This document shows, one piece after another, positions 1 to 12,731 of a stretch of 64,000 nt of DNA. The stretch comes from Mobula hypostoma. Taxonomy: Eukaryota. A program made the position numbers and the translations under genes. Every line of letters begins with the position of its first letter. Within the stretch, counting starts at the first letter, position 1. The notes under the pieces were generated by a model. It was not told where the DNA came from and made no database searches. It saw nothing but the letters and a program-made list of their open reading frames with translations. The stretch lies in assembly GCF_963921235.1 (NCBI RefSeq), contig NC_086097.1, forward strand, positions 144,214,001 through 144,278,000. The letters are read 5' to 3'.

Positions 1-949
1 CTCACCAGCTTTAACTAAGGGACACTGAAAAAGATTTACTAAAAGTTTAGTACTAAATGTAATCTTTTCGCATTCTATTTTGAAGACAGGGCCTTGAAAT
101 GAACAGTATTATGTACTGTATAGACTTCTGGTAAAAATGCATTTCTGGTAACTTTCTGTCACGCCTTTTTGGCTTTTTTCCTCATCTCACCATATTGATG
201 TCAATGTTTTTTCTAAACATTTTAAACTTTTCTTAAGTTTTTACTCCCATCCATTCTCAGTATTGTGGTTGAGAGAACAAGCCTTCAATATTTCTTCCCG
301 TGACCCGGCACAGGTTAATAAAGCCCAAGCTTGCTCTCCCTTCTGCTCTGTCTCCCACAGATGGCTGGCTTGCTACCAAGTTCATCACTTTGGTACATGA
401 TAAAAGGAAATCAAATGGAAGCAACGTGTCTGGGTTTGGTTGCCTTGTGATGCAAGTGGGTTTACTAATTGGATTTGCATCTCCTCATCTTCAGTGTAGT
501 TCAATGAAAGGACAGTTACTTTTCAGACTTCTTAGAACTTAATAGTCTCCATGGACTGACTAATATGCTCCTGTCCCTTTGATAGCTAACATTCTTGGGC
601 ACTGTTGGTGCAGGCTTAGACATAAAAGGTGGTAAAGTCTTGATGGAGTACCAGAAGTAATTAAAGTTAGATGATTCCTTTTTGTTCCTACTCCAAAACT
701 ACAATTTGCACGCAGCTCTGAAGGGAGTACTTCAGTGAAGAGCCTGTGGGAAAGTCAACGCAAAAAAATGTCACTTCTCTCAGGAGAAAATTCTCATCTG
801 ATAAGGCACTGTTTACTTATATGCAAGTGGTCTGAATCTAGATTCTGACCATCAGAAATTTGTGCTGAGTTTGAATCCCTCTCAATTAACATTACATTAG
901 ACTTGGGCTACAGAGCAATTGAGTTTTATATCATAAACAGCAGTAGGGT

Positions 950-1250
950 GGGAGGCTGGTAATGGAGAAGGTCAGTACCAACAGCACGCAGACTTAAGAT
1001 AATTGACAAACTACCCAAGGGGAGATGAAGAGAAACATTTTACAGCACAGTAATTTTTTTGTGGTTTGGGAATGCAATACCTTGCAGGGTGATGAAAGAA
1101 GATCCAAGAATTACTTTAAAAGGAGAATAGGAAACTGAAATCAAAAGAAAATTTTGTAGGTTTATTTGGAAAAATGGGTTAGATAGGGACTAGTTGAAAA
1201 GCTCTTAAAGATCCAGCACAGGAATCATAGGGCAAACAGACTCCGCTGTA
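950..1250 (+). mobile_element. Old, degraded CR1 LINE 3' fragment
   Basis: Diverged match to the CR1 3' end seen elsewhere in the window (ggggagatgaagagaaacattttacagcacag..tgggaatgc). Confidence 0.5.
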
Positions 1251-1675
1251 TTACAATGGATTCTTTCTCTGAGGTCCTGTGGTATTGAAGAATGCTGTCT
1301 GGTTTAGAGAAAAGATGCACAAATGTTACCAGGCCATTTTGAGACAATTTAAAATGTACAGACTGAATTAATTTTTATGTTCTTAAGATGCTTTTATTCA
1401 ACAATGTTCAGCAGGTCTTAGCTTTCAAAATACATTAATAAATAGTATTAAAGTATGAACCAAGAAAACGTTAAGTGATCTTCTCAGTTGCTGCATTTTT
1501 TAAAACCTAAATTAAAGGACACTGATGAAGGTATCAGCTTCATTACTCATAATAATATCAAACACATCTCAGCTAAGAACATCAAAGGTTAGGTCCAAAG
1601 CACTGCTATATCAAATACTTCAAGATCCAAGGACAGTGCAATTGAGATGGCAAATGAATGCTGCATTTTCTTAAG

Positions 1676-2805
1676 AGTCACATAGCCAAAGAGCACCACA
1701 GCACAGAAGGAGACCTTTATACCCATCTAGTCCCTGCCAAAATGTTATTCTGCCTAGTCCCATTGACCTACATCTGTACTATAGCCCTCTATCACCTTCC
1801 CACCCATGAGTTCATCCAAATGATGCAATCCAACTTACACCCACCACTTTGCTGGCAGCTTGTTCCAAACTCACACACCTCCTGGGTGAAGAAGCTCCCC
1901 CTTATGCTCCCCTTAAATATTTTACCTTTCACCCTTAGTCTATGACCTCAAGTTCTAGTCTCACTCAACTTTAGCGGAAAATGCTTGCTTACATTTACCC
2001 GATCTATACCCCTCATAAATTTGTACAGCTCTATCAAATCTCCCCTCACCCGACTTGCACACAATACTCCACATTTGGCCTCACAATTGTCTTTTACAAC
2101 TTCACTATGATATCCCAAGTCCTATATGCAGTACCCTGATTTATAAAGGCCAATATGCAAAAAGCTCTCTTAACACAACTTTCAGGGAATTATTGATCTG
2201 TATATACAGATCGTTCTGTTCTACTGCACACTACAGAGACCTACAGTATATTCACAGTGAAAATTGTACTCTGGTTTGTCCTGCCAAAGTACAACACCTC
2301 TCATTTGGCTACATTAAATTCCGTCGGCCATTTTCTGGATGGACTTTTGATAGCCTTTCTCGCTGTCCACTATGGCCCCAGTCTTGGTGCCATTCAGAAA
2401 TTTGCTGATCCAGTTCACCACATTATCATCCAAATCATTAATAAAGATGACAAACAACAGTGGACCCAGCACCGATCCCTGCTGCACACCACTGGTCACA
2501 GGCTCCCAGTCTGAGAGGCAACCACCTATTACTACTCTCCGGCTTCTCATGCTAAGTCAATGTTGGATCCAATTTACTACTTCATCCTGAATGCCAAGCA
2601 ACTGAACCTTTTGGTCCAGTGTCCCGTGTGACCTATTGTCAAAGGCCTTAATAAAGTCCACCTAGATAATGTCCACTGTCTTTCCTTAATTAACTTTCCT
2701 GGTAATCCCCTCAGAAAATTCTTTTTGATTGCTTAGACATGACCTACAATGTGCAAACCATGTTGGCCAGTCCCAATTTGGCCCTGTCTATCCAAATACT
2801 TATAT
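1676..2805 (-). mobile_element. CR1 LINE fragments (3' tail plus RT region, internally deleted)
   Basis: Minus ORF 2314-2550 [27 protein letters not shown] is the CR1 RT motif; CR1 3'UTR lies at 1676-2050. Confidence 0.85.
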
Positions 2806-2806
2806 A

Positions 2807-3103
2807 AGGGACGCTATGGTAGCACAAAAGGTCAGCACGACACTATTACATCTTGGGTGTCAGAATTTGGAGTTCAGTTCCCGAGGCAATGTAAGGAGTT
2901 TGTACGTTCTCTCCATGGAATACATAGGTTCCCTCTGTGTCCTCTTGTATCCTCCCACAGATCAAAGACATACCTGTTAGTGGGTTAATTGGCTCTTGTA
3001 AATTGTCCCATGATAATGCTAAGGTTAAATCGGGGGATGCTGGGCAGTGCGTTTCAAAGGGCTGGAATTGCCTATTCCACACTGTATTTCTAAATAAATA
3101 AAT
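2807..3103 (+). mobile_element. tRNA-derived V-SINE (HE1-like)
   Basis: tRNA-like head, V-domain-like core (tgtaaggagtttgtacgttctc...cctcccaca..caaagacatac..gttaattgg) and (taaa)n tail; homologous to copies at 6235, 35091 and 60883. Confidence 0.8.
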
Positions 3104-3187
3104 ATCAGGTCCCTTTGAATAGCTTCCATTTGAACGACTGACGTCACGCTCAGTGGCCTATAATTTCCCAGATTGTTTCCCAGAGCG

Positions 3188-4500
3188 TTTCAAAGTTCAA
3201 AGTAGACTTATTATCAAAGTATGTCGCCATATACCACCCTGAGATTCATTTTCTTGCAGGCACTGACAGTAGATACAAAGAAGCACAATAGAATCAATAA
3301 AATAAACTACACGCAAAGATGGACAACTAGTGTGCAAAAGACGTCAAATTGTGCAAGAAAACATAGAAGGTAGGTGCAGGAGTAGGCCATTCGGCCCTTC
3401 GAGCCTGCACCGCCATTCAGTATGATCATGGCTGATCATCCAACTCACAACCCTGTACCTGCCTTCTCTCCATAGCCCCGATCCCTTTAGCCACAAGGGC
3501 TATATCTAACTCCCTCTTAAATATAGCCAATGAACTGGCCTCAACTGTTTCCTGTGGCAGAGAATTCCACAGATTCACCACTCTCTGTGTGAAGAAGTTT
3601 TCCCTCACTTCGGTTCTAAAAGGCTTCCCCTTTATCCTCAAACTGTGACCCCTCGTTCTGGACTTCCCCAACATCGGGAACAATCTTCCTACATCTAGCC
3701 TGTCCAATCCCTTTAGAATTTTATACGTTTCAATAAGATCCCCCCTCAATCTTCTAAATTCCAGAGAGTATAAGCCTAGTCGATCCAGCCTTTCATCATA
3801 TGAAAGTCCTGCCATCCCAGGAAACAATCTGGTGAACCTTCTTTGTACTCCCTCAATGGCAAGAATGTCTTTCCTCAGATTAGGGGACCAAAACTGCACA
3901 TAATACTCCAGGTGTGGTCTCACCAAGGCCTTGTACAACTGCAGTAGAACCTCTCCACTCCTGTACTCGAATCCTCTTGCTATGAATGCCAGCATACCAT
4001 TCGCCTTTTTCACCGCCTGCTGTACCTGCATGCCCACTTTCAATGACTGGTTTACAATGACACCCAGGTCTCGTTGCACCTCCCCTTTTCCTAATCAGCC
4101 ACCATTCAGATAATAATCTGTTTTCCTGTTCTTGCCACCAAAGTGGATAAGCTCACATTTATCCACATTAAATTAAAAAGAAACTAATGAAGTAATAAAT
4201 AATATTGAGAACATGAGTTGTCGAGTCCATGAAAGTGAGTCCATAGGTTGTGTAATCAGTTCAATGTAGAGGTGAGTGAAGTTTTCACTCTGGTTAGGAG
4301 CTGGATTGCTGAAGGGTAATAACCATTCTTGAATCTGGTGGTGTGGGACCTAAGGCTCTTGTGCTTCTTCCTGATGGCAACAATGAGAAGAAAGCACGGC
4401 CTGGATGTTTGGGGTCCTTGATGCTACTTTACCGGGACAGCACTTCCTGTAGCTGTGCTCAATGGTGGGGAGTGCTTTTCCTGTGATGGTCTGGGCTGTA
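3188..4500 (-). mobile_element. Rex1/Babar-type LINE 3' region split by a CR1 insertion
   Basis: Tail ttcaaagttcaaagt...ttattatcaaagtatg at 3188-3356 resumes at ~4175; same family as 9870-10400. Confidence 0.65.
3357..4173 (-). mobile_element. Young 5'-truncated CR1 LINE (ORF2 C-terminus intact)
   Basis: ORF 3426-4079 QRDLGV...LYKALVRPHLEY..QFWSP..RGDLIETYKI..FFTQRVVNLWNSLP; near-identical to 63611-64000. Confidence 0.92.
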
Positions 4501-4519
4501 TCCTTTACTTATTGAACAG

Positions 4520-5325
4520 CGGAACATCATTAGCTATCCTCTTGTCCTCCGGCACCTTACCTAGGTCTAAGGACATTTGGCCAGGGCACCTGAAGTTTGT
4601 GCAACAGCTTCCCACGATGTTTGAGAGGGCACCTTGTCAGTTTCTGGGGACTTACAGTATCCACCCAAATTTGCCTCAACAGAGGAACCTCCTCTGCCGT
4701 AATCCGGATACTGTCCATGACCTCACTTCTGCTTTGCCTTAGTTCTATAGACTTTGCAACACACTCAGAATGCTGGAGGAACTCAGTAGGCCAGGCAGTA
4801 TCTGTGGAAAAAATACAGTCGACGTTTCGGGCCGAGACCCTTCAGCAGGGCTTCGTCCTGTTGCTTGGATTCCCAGCACCTGCAGGTTTTCTCTTGTCAT
4901 TCTATAGACTATGTATCTGTCTGCTTAGTAAATACAGATGCAAAAAATCTACTTAAGATCTCCCCCACCTCTTTAAGCTCCACACATAGATGATCACGCC
5001 AATCTTAATGTGAACCTATTTTGGCCTTTGCTATCCTTCTGCTCCTAGTATATCTGTACCCTTGGGATTCCCCTCCACCTTGTCTGCAAGAGTAGCATCA
5101 TGCCTTCTATCAGCTCTCCTGATTTCCTTAAGTGTCCTTTTGCAATCCTTATACTTCTCAAGTGCCTCATTTGTTCCTTGCTGCCTACACTTGCAATACT
5201 CTTTCTTCTTTTTCTTAACCAGGGCCTCAATATTTCTCGAAAACCAAAGTTCCCTAAACCTTTTAGTTTTTCCTTTTATTCTAATAGGAACATACAAACT
5301 CTGCACTCTCAATATTTCCCCTTGC
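4520..5325 (-). mobile_element. CR1 LINE ORF2 middle fragment, interrupted at 4754-4899
   Basis: Minus ORF 5031-5312 YVPIRIKG..WFSRNIEALVKKKK..KEIRRA..LADKVEGNPK, typical of the CR1 region between endonuclease and RT. Confidence 0.75.
4754..4899. mobile_element. Penelope-derived short element with hammerhead-like core, flanked by an 11-bp direct repeat
   Basis: TTCTATAGACT at 4743-4753 and 4900-4910; minus strand 4849-4818 reads CCTGCTGAAGGGTCTCGGCCCGAAACGTCGAC. Confidence 0.65.
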
Positions 5326-6234
5326 CAGAAAACAACTTATTTGATTGCCTTTCTGATGCCTTTCTCTTAACTTGGAGATCAGTCCAATCCTGTTGACTAC
5401 GTCCCCAGAACACTGAGTAATCCCTCAACCTTGAGCCAATCTATTCCTTTAATCGCATGTCACTGACTATCAAAGTTTGTGAAGTTTTCTCACTCATTAC
5501 TCCTTTCCCAAACATGCTTGAGTTACTTGCTACATCCTTAAAAAAAACTGAAATTCTGGTGAGTTTGAAACGTGTACAATATTGAACAAGGTCACATTCT
5601 GCTAAGCCCAGTAATGTTGACCTGCAGACCCTGAGCTGCCTCTTGTGTTCCTGTTCAAAACATGTACTGGGCTTTTTTCCCCTGGAAACTTACACTCTGG
5701 CAAAGTTGGGTCATGGATGTAAGTTTTGTGGTGGGGAATGGATGATCATTATGGGAGACTAGAAGGTGGGTGAAAATTGGTGACAAAGTAAAACATTGGA
5801 TTATGATGGCTAAATGATTGGGTCGCCTGGGAATATAGTTGGATAGGGGAAGATGATTGGGAAATGGAGTCACCTGAGGAGTTAGGGAAGGGAGGGGTCA
5901 GGTAGATCAGTGATGTGGGTGTGTTTTTTGGGTAGAGATCCAATGAGTTATGATGAACATTGTGAAGGTTGGGAAGATCTAGTGTGAAGATTGTAGGGTT
6001 GTGGCAGGGATGGTGCAGATGATCACTTTAGATTTAACCAGGATATAGTAGTTTACATAAGAGAATATTGATAGTAGAATCTTTGCTGTCAAACTCTGCA
6101 CAAGGCTGTCTTGGAGGATCTTAAAGGAATAGTTATTGCCCTCACCAGCATACACAAAGAGGTAAAATTCTTTTGTAAATGACCATCCAGATAACTGAAA
6201 TATAATATAACCTGATATTGAACAGCAGACAGTA

Positions 6235-6537
6235 TTTTATTTATTGATTTATTTAGAGATATATTGTGGACAGGCCCTTCCGACCCAGTGAGCCACACAG
6301 CCCAGTAACCCACCTGAATTAACCCTAGCCTAATCACAGGACAATCTACAATGGCCAATTAGCTTACTGACCAGTAAGTCTTTGGACTGAGGGAGGAAAC
6401 CGGAGGGCCCGGAGGAAGTGGGTGTGTTTACGGGGAGGATGAACAAACTGTTGACAGAGGACACCAGAACTGAACTCTGAACTCAGATGCCACGAGCTGT
6501 AACAGAGTTGCGTAGCCACTATGTTAGTGTGGCACCC
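6235..6537 (-). mobile_element. tRNA-derived V-SINE (HE1-like)
   Basis: Reverse complement of V-core (gggaggaaaccggagggcccggaggaa) and (attt)n tail. Confidence 0.8.
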
Positions 6538-7119
6538 AAAGTTGGATGTAGTCAGCAGGTCAGTACTGCTCACAAGCTGCAGATCATCAGACTGGAGCTT
6601 TAAGTCTGTATTTGTCTCCACATTTGCTGACTGAACTGTCTGTACTTCCAGTACTTTCTCTTTCTATTTCTGCTTTCCCCATCAATAGCTTTTAGTTGTT
6701 AGTCAATCCAGTACTGAACGGAATGTCTTTCAAGTCTGCATGAGATGGAAGGAGTTTGTCATAAGAATTCATTGTGATCATTTTACTGTTGTAACTTAGT
6801 TGGGGGCAACATTCAATCTTTACTTCTATGATCATGATAATAGACCAAAACAGCATGTTGCTTGTAAAGTCCCTAACTAATAGGACTAACTAATCTGATT
6901 TTCATTTGTATTGATTGAGAGAAAAAACTTGATCAAAACATACACCTTTTCTAAAATGCCAGAGCGATCATATGATCTTTGCTTTCCGCATATTCAATCA
7001 TGCACATTTGGAGCATTTAAAACAACAAAGTTCACTTGTAGCTCATTTCTCCAGCAGTATACAGAATTCTTATTCAAAAACCAGCCCTTTGCAGAGGGTG
7101 CTGTAATGACAGCGACTAA

Positions 7120-7565
7120 GGAACAGAGGGCCTGAATTATAGGGAGATGTTGGCCACACTGCAAAGCGTGGAAGAATGAGAGGTGATCTCACAGAAGTTT
7201 AGAAAGCCATGAGGGCATATGGATATGATGGATGGTCATAGTCTTTTACTCAGAGTTGGGGGAACCAAAGTTAGGGGGCACAGATAAAATATCAGAGGGG
7301 AAAGATGTGAAAAAGACCTGAGAGGTAACTCAACACAGATAGTAGTGATTACCTGGAATGAAATGCCAAAGGAAATTGTCAAAATGGACACAATTGCAAC
7401 TTTTAAGAGGCATTTGGATAGGTACATGGAGGAAGATGGCTTGGAGGGATACGGGCTGAACGCAGGCAACCGGGACTAGCAGGGAGGATGCGATGGTCGG
7501 CATGGACCAATTGGGTCAAAGAGCCTGCTGCCGTGCTGTATTACCCTATGGGGATTCTATGACTA
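7120..7565 (+). mobile_element. CR1 LINE 3' end
   Basis: agaatgagaggtgatctc...ttttaagaggcatttggataggtacatgg...gtgctgta..ttctatgact tail. Confidence 0.8.
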
Positions 7566-10500
7566 AGGAGCTACTAGTTCACCATTTGCACTTCAAATTG
7601 CATTAACATCAGCTGAATCTCATCCTAATAAAGGAATTTATTGGCACTGTGTCACATAACAGACAATTCTGAATAGCCTGCACTACCTCTTTAACTGGAA
7701 ACTCAATGTGTCATCCACCACAATGAAAATATCAGGTAACAAGATTGTTTGTGATTAGCTGTCAGGACTGATAGGTATTGAGTGATTCCAGTGTAAATGA
7801 GAAATAGCTTCAAATAAAGGAGTTTTGAAAGTTTTAGTATCAGTTTACAGTAGAAAAAATACTAGGGTGAAACTGGTGGTAGAAGCCAAAAGATTGAACT
7901 CAAGGTTTGCCTAAGCAGATGAAACTTCACCAAAAGGACTGGCAACTGGGACACATTAACTCTTTCAGTCCTGCTTCATTGTCTCACTGACTTTTGTCTT
8001 GCGTGATATCTGTTCAATAACTGGGCAGCATTCATTCCTCAACAAGCAGGTCATGTTTACTGCAGGTGCCTGTGGCCGGGTATTTCAGAGGGAATTTTAT
8101 TGTGCATCTGATCTGTGTTGCCTTGAAAGTGTTAAAGTGGGGTTGTGCGGAGTTTACTCTAAATTTAACTTGAACTGCCCCAGACAATTTGAAGGGATAT
8201 TGTTTTAACATTGCATATAACTAATACACCATTTAACCTGGAATCATTTGATAAAATTATATCAAAGGAGTTTCAATTTATAAGTTATCCTGACCTGTGC
8301 GGAGAATGTTTACTCTATATGTGTACAATCTCATTGATCCTAGGTAATGACAGTTGGGATGGCTGATGAAGGCTCCTAATATGGATTGTCTATTCATATG
8401 ACAGTACCCATTAAAGAGTCTGGAAGCATTTAATAGTCCGTGTAAAGGCAGCTATATCAGTGTATGCTAGAATGCGTATCTGACTGCTTTTGAGGGCCTG
8501 TTTGGCACTGTCATGGATATCTTTCCCCTTCGCATCCACCACACTCTTCCTTGTCCCATACAAATCATTAACTATGCATGTAACCTGTACTGCTTCTGTC
8601 CTGAGAATGTTTAATTGACCGTGTACAGAATATTCTACTCTGTTGTAAGTCCAATTTGCTCTAGACCCAGGATTGTTTGACAATGAGTACCAAAGTGTCG
8701 ATTATTTCTCAAGCTGCATTAATTCCTTGGCAGTGGAACTCCTACCAATCCCTTCAATCCATATCGTGTATGTGATCTCAATGCTGTCAGCAATGGAATT
8801 ATTGGAGAGTGGTGTTGATACAGCCATGTATCTTGCTGGAATATTTCAGATAATAATTAACAACAAATATTATTAGTTTGTACTTACACACTCATTGGCA
8901 AGCTGCATAAGAACTCTAGGCTTTCTTCTTTATAGTCCATCTGTAAATCTAGTGAGATTTTCAGACAATATAGCAGCTTCACAGAATTAAAGTCTTTGTT
9001 ACAATGCAAAAGGAGCTGTATGTACTATCAAGACCATATTGTTCTTGACAAACATATCAAAATTTTTCTGCATGCTATTTTTCCTCAAGTAATTACTCAA
9101 TTTCCTACCCGTTTCATTCCTTCCAGGTTGCAAGTTCCAGATCATAAAAACTTCCTGCACAAGAACGCTTATACTCAAGTCCTCCTGATTTTTTGCCTAT
9201 CATTTTAATTATTGTTTACTCTCCGTTCATCCTTTTGAAAAATGCCATGAAATTATACACTTCTTACAAGCACACTTTCAGTTCTCATTGTACTCCAGTC
9301 CAATGATAAATCAAAATTCCTTGCAATTGGCTTTTCAAATACCTTTCCTGCCTTCTCAAGGACATTCACAGTGTGATGACAAGAAATCGATTCAGTACTC
9401 TATTTATAATGCCAAGTTCTCATTTAACTTTCCTGCTTTTATATTCCATGCCTCTATTTATAAAAAGGATCTGAGCACTCCTCCCAATATGCCACACTGA
9501 AAGGCACATCCACACGGTATATGTAGGTCCCTCTACTCCTGCAGATCTTTTGGAACCCTGCCATTTTGTCTATGTTGCCTCATCTCAATTTTCCTCCCAA
9601 ATAATATACTCCACACTTCTGTGTGCTTCTTCATCACAAGCGTCTCCTCATTCTACTGGCTTATTGTGTTCCTCTTACAATCTTTCATCAAACCACTCAC
9701 TGTTTATTACTTCATGTTTGATGTCATCTGAACACATTATACTTTTACCCTGTACTGAAGATTACCTCTGACACTCTTTTCTCCAGACTGATAAAAAAGT
9801 AAATTTTTTCTCAACTCAGTCTCTTGTTCACAAGTGAACAGTTACCCATGCTGCACCCGAACCTTATAAAAGTTCAAAGTTCAAAGTCAATTTTATTATC
9901 AAATTATATCTATGTCACCATATACAACCACGAGATTCATTTTCTTGTGAACATACTCAATAAGTCTATAGAATAATAACTTTAACGGATTCAATGCAAG
10001 ACCGTCCAACAAGGGTGTTCAACCAGCATGCAGAAAACGACAAACTGTCCAAGTACAAAAAGAAGAAATAATGATAATAAATAAGTAAGCAATATATAGC
10101 GAGGACATGAGATGAAGAGTCCTTGAAAGTGAGTCCATTGTTTGTGGGAACATTTCACTGATGGCGCAAGTTAAGTAGAGTGAAGTTATCCACTTAGGTT
10201 CAAGAGCCTGATGGTTGAGGGGTAGTAACTCTTCCTGAACCTGGTGGTGTGAGTCCTGAGGCTCTCGTCCCTCCTTCCTGATGATGGCAGTGCAAAGAGA
10301 GCATGTCCTGGGTAGTGATGGTCCCTGATGATGGATGATGTTTTTCTGCAACAGCATTTCATGGAGATATGGTCAATATTTGGACTGGGCTGTATCCACT
10401 ACTTTTTGTAGGATTTCCCATTCAAAGGCACTGGTGTTTCCATACCAGTCTGTGATGCAGCCAGTTACACTCTCCATTACACTTGTATAGAAGTTTGTCA

Positions 10501-10863
10501 AAGTTTTAACTGACATGCCGAATTTCGGCAAACTCCTAAGTAAGTGAAAGCACTGCCTTGCTTTCTTCAGAATTGCACTTTTGTCCTGGGCCCAGGACAG
10601 GTCCTCTGAAATAATAACACCTAAGAATTTAAAGTTGCAACCCTCTCCACCTCAGATCCTTCATGAACCTTTGGTTTCCCCCTCCTGAAGTGAATAATCA
10701 GCTCCTTGGCCTTGCTGACATTGAGTAAGAGGCTGTTGCTATGGCGCCAGTCAGCCAGATTTCAGTCTCCCTCCTGGATGCTGATTCATCACTCCCTTTG
10801 ATTTGGCCTTTGACAGTGGTGTCTTCAGCAAACTTGAGTACAGCATCGGAGCTGTGCTTAACC

Positions 10864-11552
10864 CAGACATCTCATCTCTCCCTGAAGTTCCGGGAGTCTC
10901 CCGCAAATTAATAGTGGCTCCCTGATGCCCGCAAATTATATACAATGTCCCGGAAATTGATTTTTTTGAGAGTGAGCGTGAGAGAACGCGCGCGAGAGAG
11001 TGAGAGAGCGAGTGCAAGAGCAAGAAAGCAAGCACAAGAGAGCAAGCGCGAGTGAGAGCGACCACGAGAGAGAGAGCGAGAAAGCAAGCGCGAGAGAGAA
11101 TGAGAGCGAGAAAGCAAACGCGAGTGAGAGCAACCACGAGAGAGAGAGCGCACACGTGCGCAATAGAGAGAGAGCGAGAGCAAGAGCGAGAGAGTTCCAA
11201 AAAGAGTCAGAGTGGCAGAGTGTTCCAAAAAAAAGTATAAAATGTACGTCACCCCAGACTAGACTAAAGTGTACCCCTGCCTAATAGGGGTCAAAAATAA
11301 TGACAGTGTTGCTCGCTGCACTATTTGCAACAGTGACTTTTCTATTGCCCATGGTGGGTTAAGACTGTAAAAGACATGTTGAGGTGAGTTTAACAGGTGT
11401 CATTCGTTCATTAGCATAGCTAACGTTATTTAAACTAGCTGGTTAGCTGCTAAGGAGCTACTCTGTTGCAGACATCCCACCTCTCCTGGAAGTCTCCTGC
11501 AAATTGATGGTGCTACCTCCCTGAAATGATTTTTTGCAGGGTGGGATGTCTG
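10864..11552 (+). mobile_element. Non-autonomous hAT-like DNA transposon with 6-bp TSD
   Basis: Ends CAGACATCTCATCT / AGGGTGGGATGTCTG are imperfect TIRs; TTAACC at 10858-10863 and 11553-11558; internal zinc-finger coding remnant. Confidence 0.8.
10968..11193. repeat. GA/GC-rich low-complexity repeat inside the DNA transposon
   Basis: Runs of gagagagcgag/aaagcaagcgcg. Confidence 0.9.
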
Positions 11553-12632
11553 TTAACCACACATGCGTAAATGTAGAGCAGATCAGAGGGCTAAGCACAA
11601 TGACTTGTGGTGCACCTGTGCTGATGGAGATAGTGGAGGAAATGTTGTTGTCAATCTGAACTGACTGGAGTCTGCAAGTGAGAAAATCGAGGATCTAATT
11701 GCACAGGGAGGTATTGAGGCCAAGGTCTTGAAGTTGATTGATTTGTTCTGAGGAGATGATAGTGTTGAATGGCGAGTTTTCATCAATAAAGAGCACCCTA
11801 TTGTTGTATCTTTGTTGTCCAGATGTTACAGTGTCGACTGAACAGACAATGAGATGGTATCTGCTGTGGACCTGTTGTTCTGGTATGCAAATTGGAGTAG
11901 ATTTAAGTCACTTCTCAGGCAGGAGTTGACATGTTTCATCACAACGTCTCAAAGCACAAATCAATGTGGATATAAATGCTACTGGACGATAGTCATTGAG
12001 GCAGGTTACTATGCTTTTCTTGGGTAGCGGTATAATTGAAACCTACTTGAAACAGGTGGATACCACACCCTACCAAAGCAAGAGGTTAAAGGTCTCAGTG
12101 AACACTCTAGCCATTGATCAGCTCAGGTCTTTAGTATTTGGCCAGGCACCCCATCTGAGCCGAATGCTTTTCATGGGTTTTCCCTGCTGAAGACTGATTG
12201 CACATCAGCTTTAGAGACTGAACTCATATTATCATTGGAGGACATGGGGGTTGGTGATGGTTTCTCCATGTCTGTTGGTCAAAACTAGCATTGAGCTCAT
12301 CCCTGCTATCTCCTATCTCACTTGATTTAACTTTATAAGAGGTAATAGTATTCAAGCCCTGCCACAACTGTCGAGCATCCTTCATTGATTCAAGTTTGGT
12401 CCAGAATTGACACTTCCCCAGTGAGATGGCTTTCCAGTGATCGTACCTGAAATCTCTTGGAACTTTCTTGGTCATGAGACTTGAATGGCTCTAAACTGGG
12501 CCTCAGCAGATTGTGGACCTCATGGTTTATCCAGGACTTCTTCATGATTCCATGGACCTCAGTTTTGCTGATCAGCTTTTCATGTGACTAGAGGTACTGA
12601 AGACACTTGTCTTCCCCCAATGTTTTTCCTCC

Positions 12633-12731
12633 GCTCCATCACAACCCTTTCTCTAGCTCCTCTGGAGAGAGATATTTTTCTCTAGCTCCATCACAATCCT
12701 TTCTCTAGCTCCTCTGGAGAGAGATATTTTT
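12633..12731. repeat. Tandem duplication, period 52 bp
   Basis: gctccatcacaa(c/t)cctttctctagctcctctggagagagatattttt starts at 12633 and 12685, with one mismatch. Confidence 0.9.

Larger units (their letters stand above)
9870..12540 (-). mobile_element. Rex1/Babar-type LINE fragment (degenerate ORF plus 3'UTR), host of a DNA transposon
   Basis: Minus ORF 12224-12475 KLES..DARQLWQGLNTITSYKVK..DELNASF; 3' tail aagttcaaagttcaaagt at 9870. Confidence 0.8.

Noticed and set aside
331..540. Strong-looking plus-strand splice acceptor (ttgctctcccttctgctctgtctcccacag at 331-360) within an 80-aa ORF
   Set aside because: No recognisable protein and no convincing donor; cannot support an exon without RNA data.
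8411..8683. 90-aa minus-strand ORF in unique sequence
   Set aside because: No recognisable motif or exon structure; the length is expected by chance.
10751..11284. Five overlapping ORFs rich in S/L/R/E/A
   Set aside because: Artefacts of the GA-rich repeat inside the DNA transposon.
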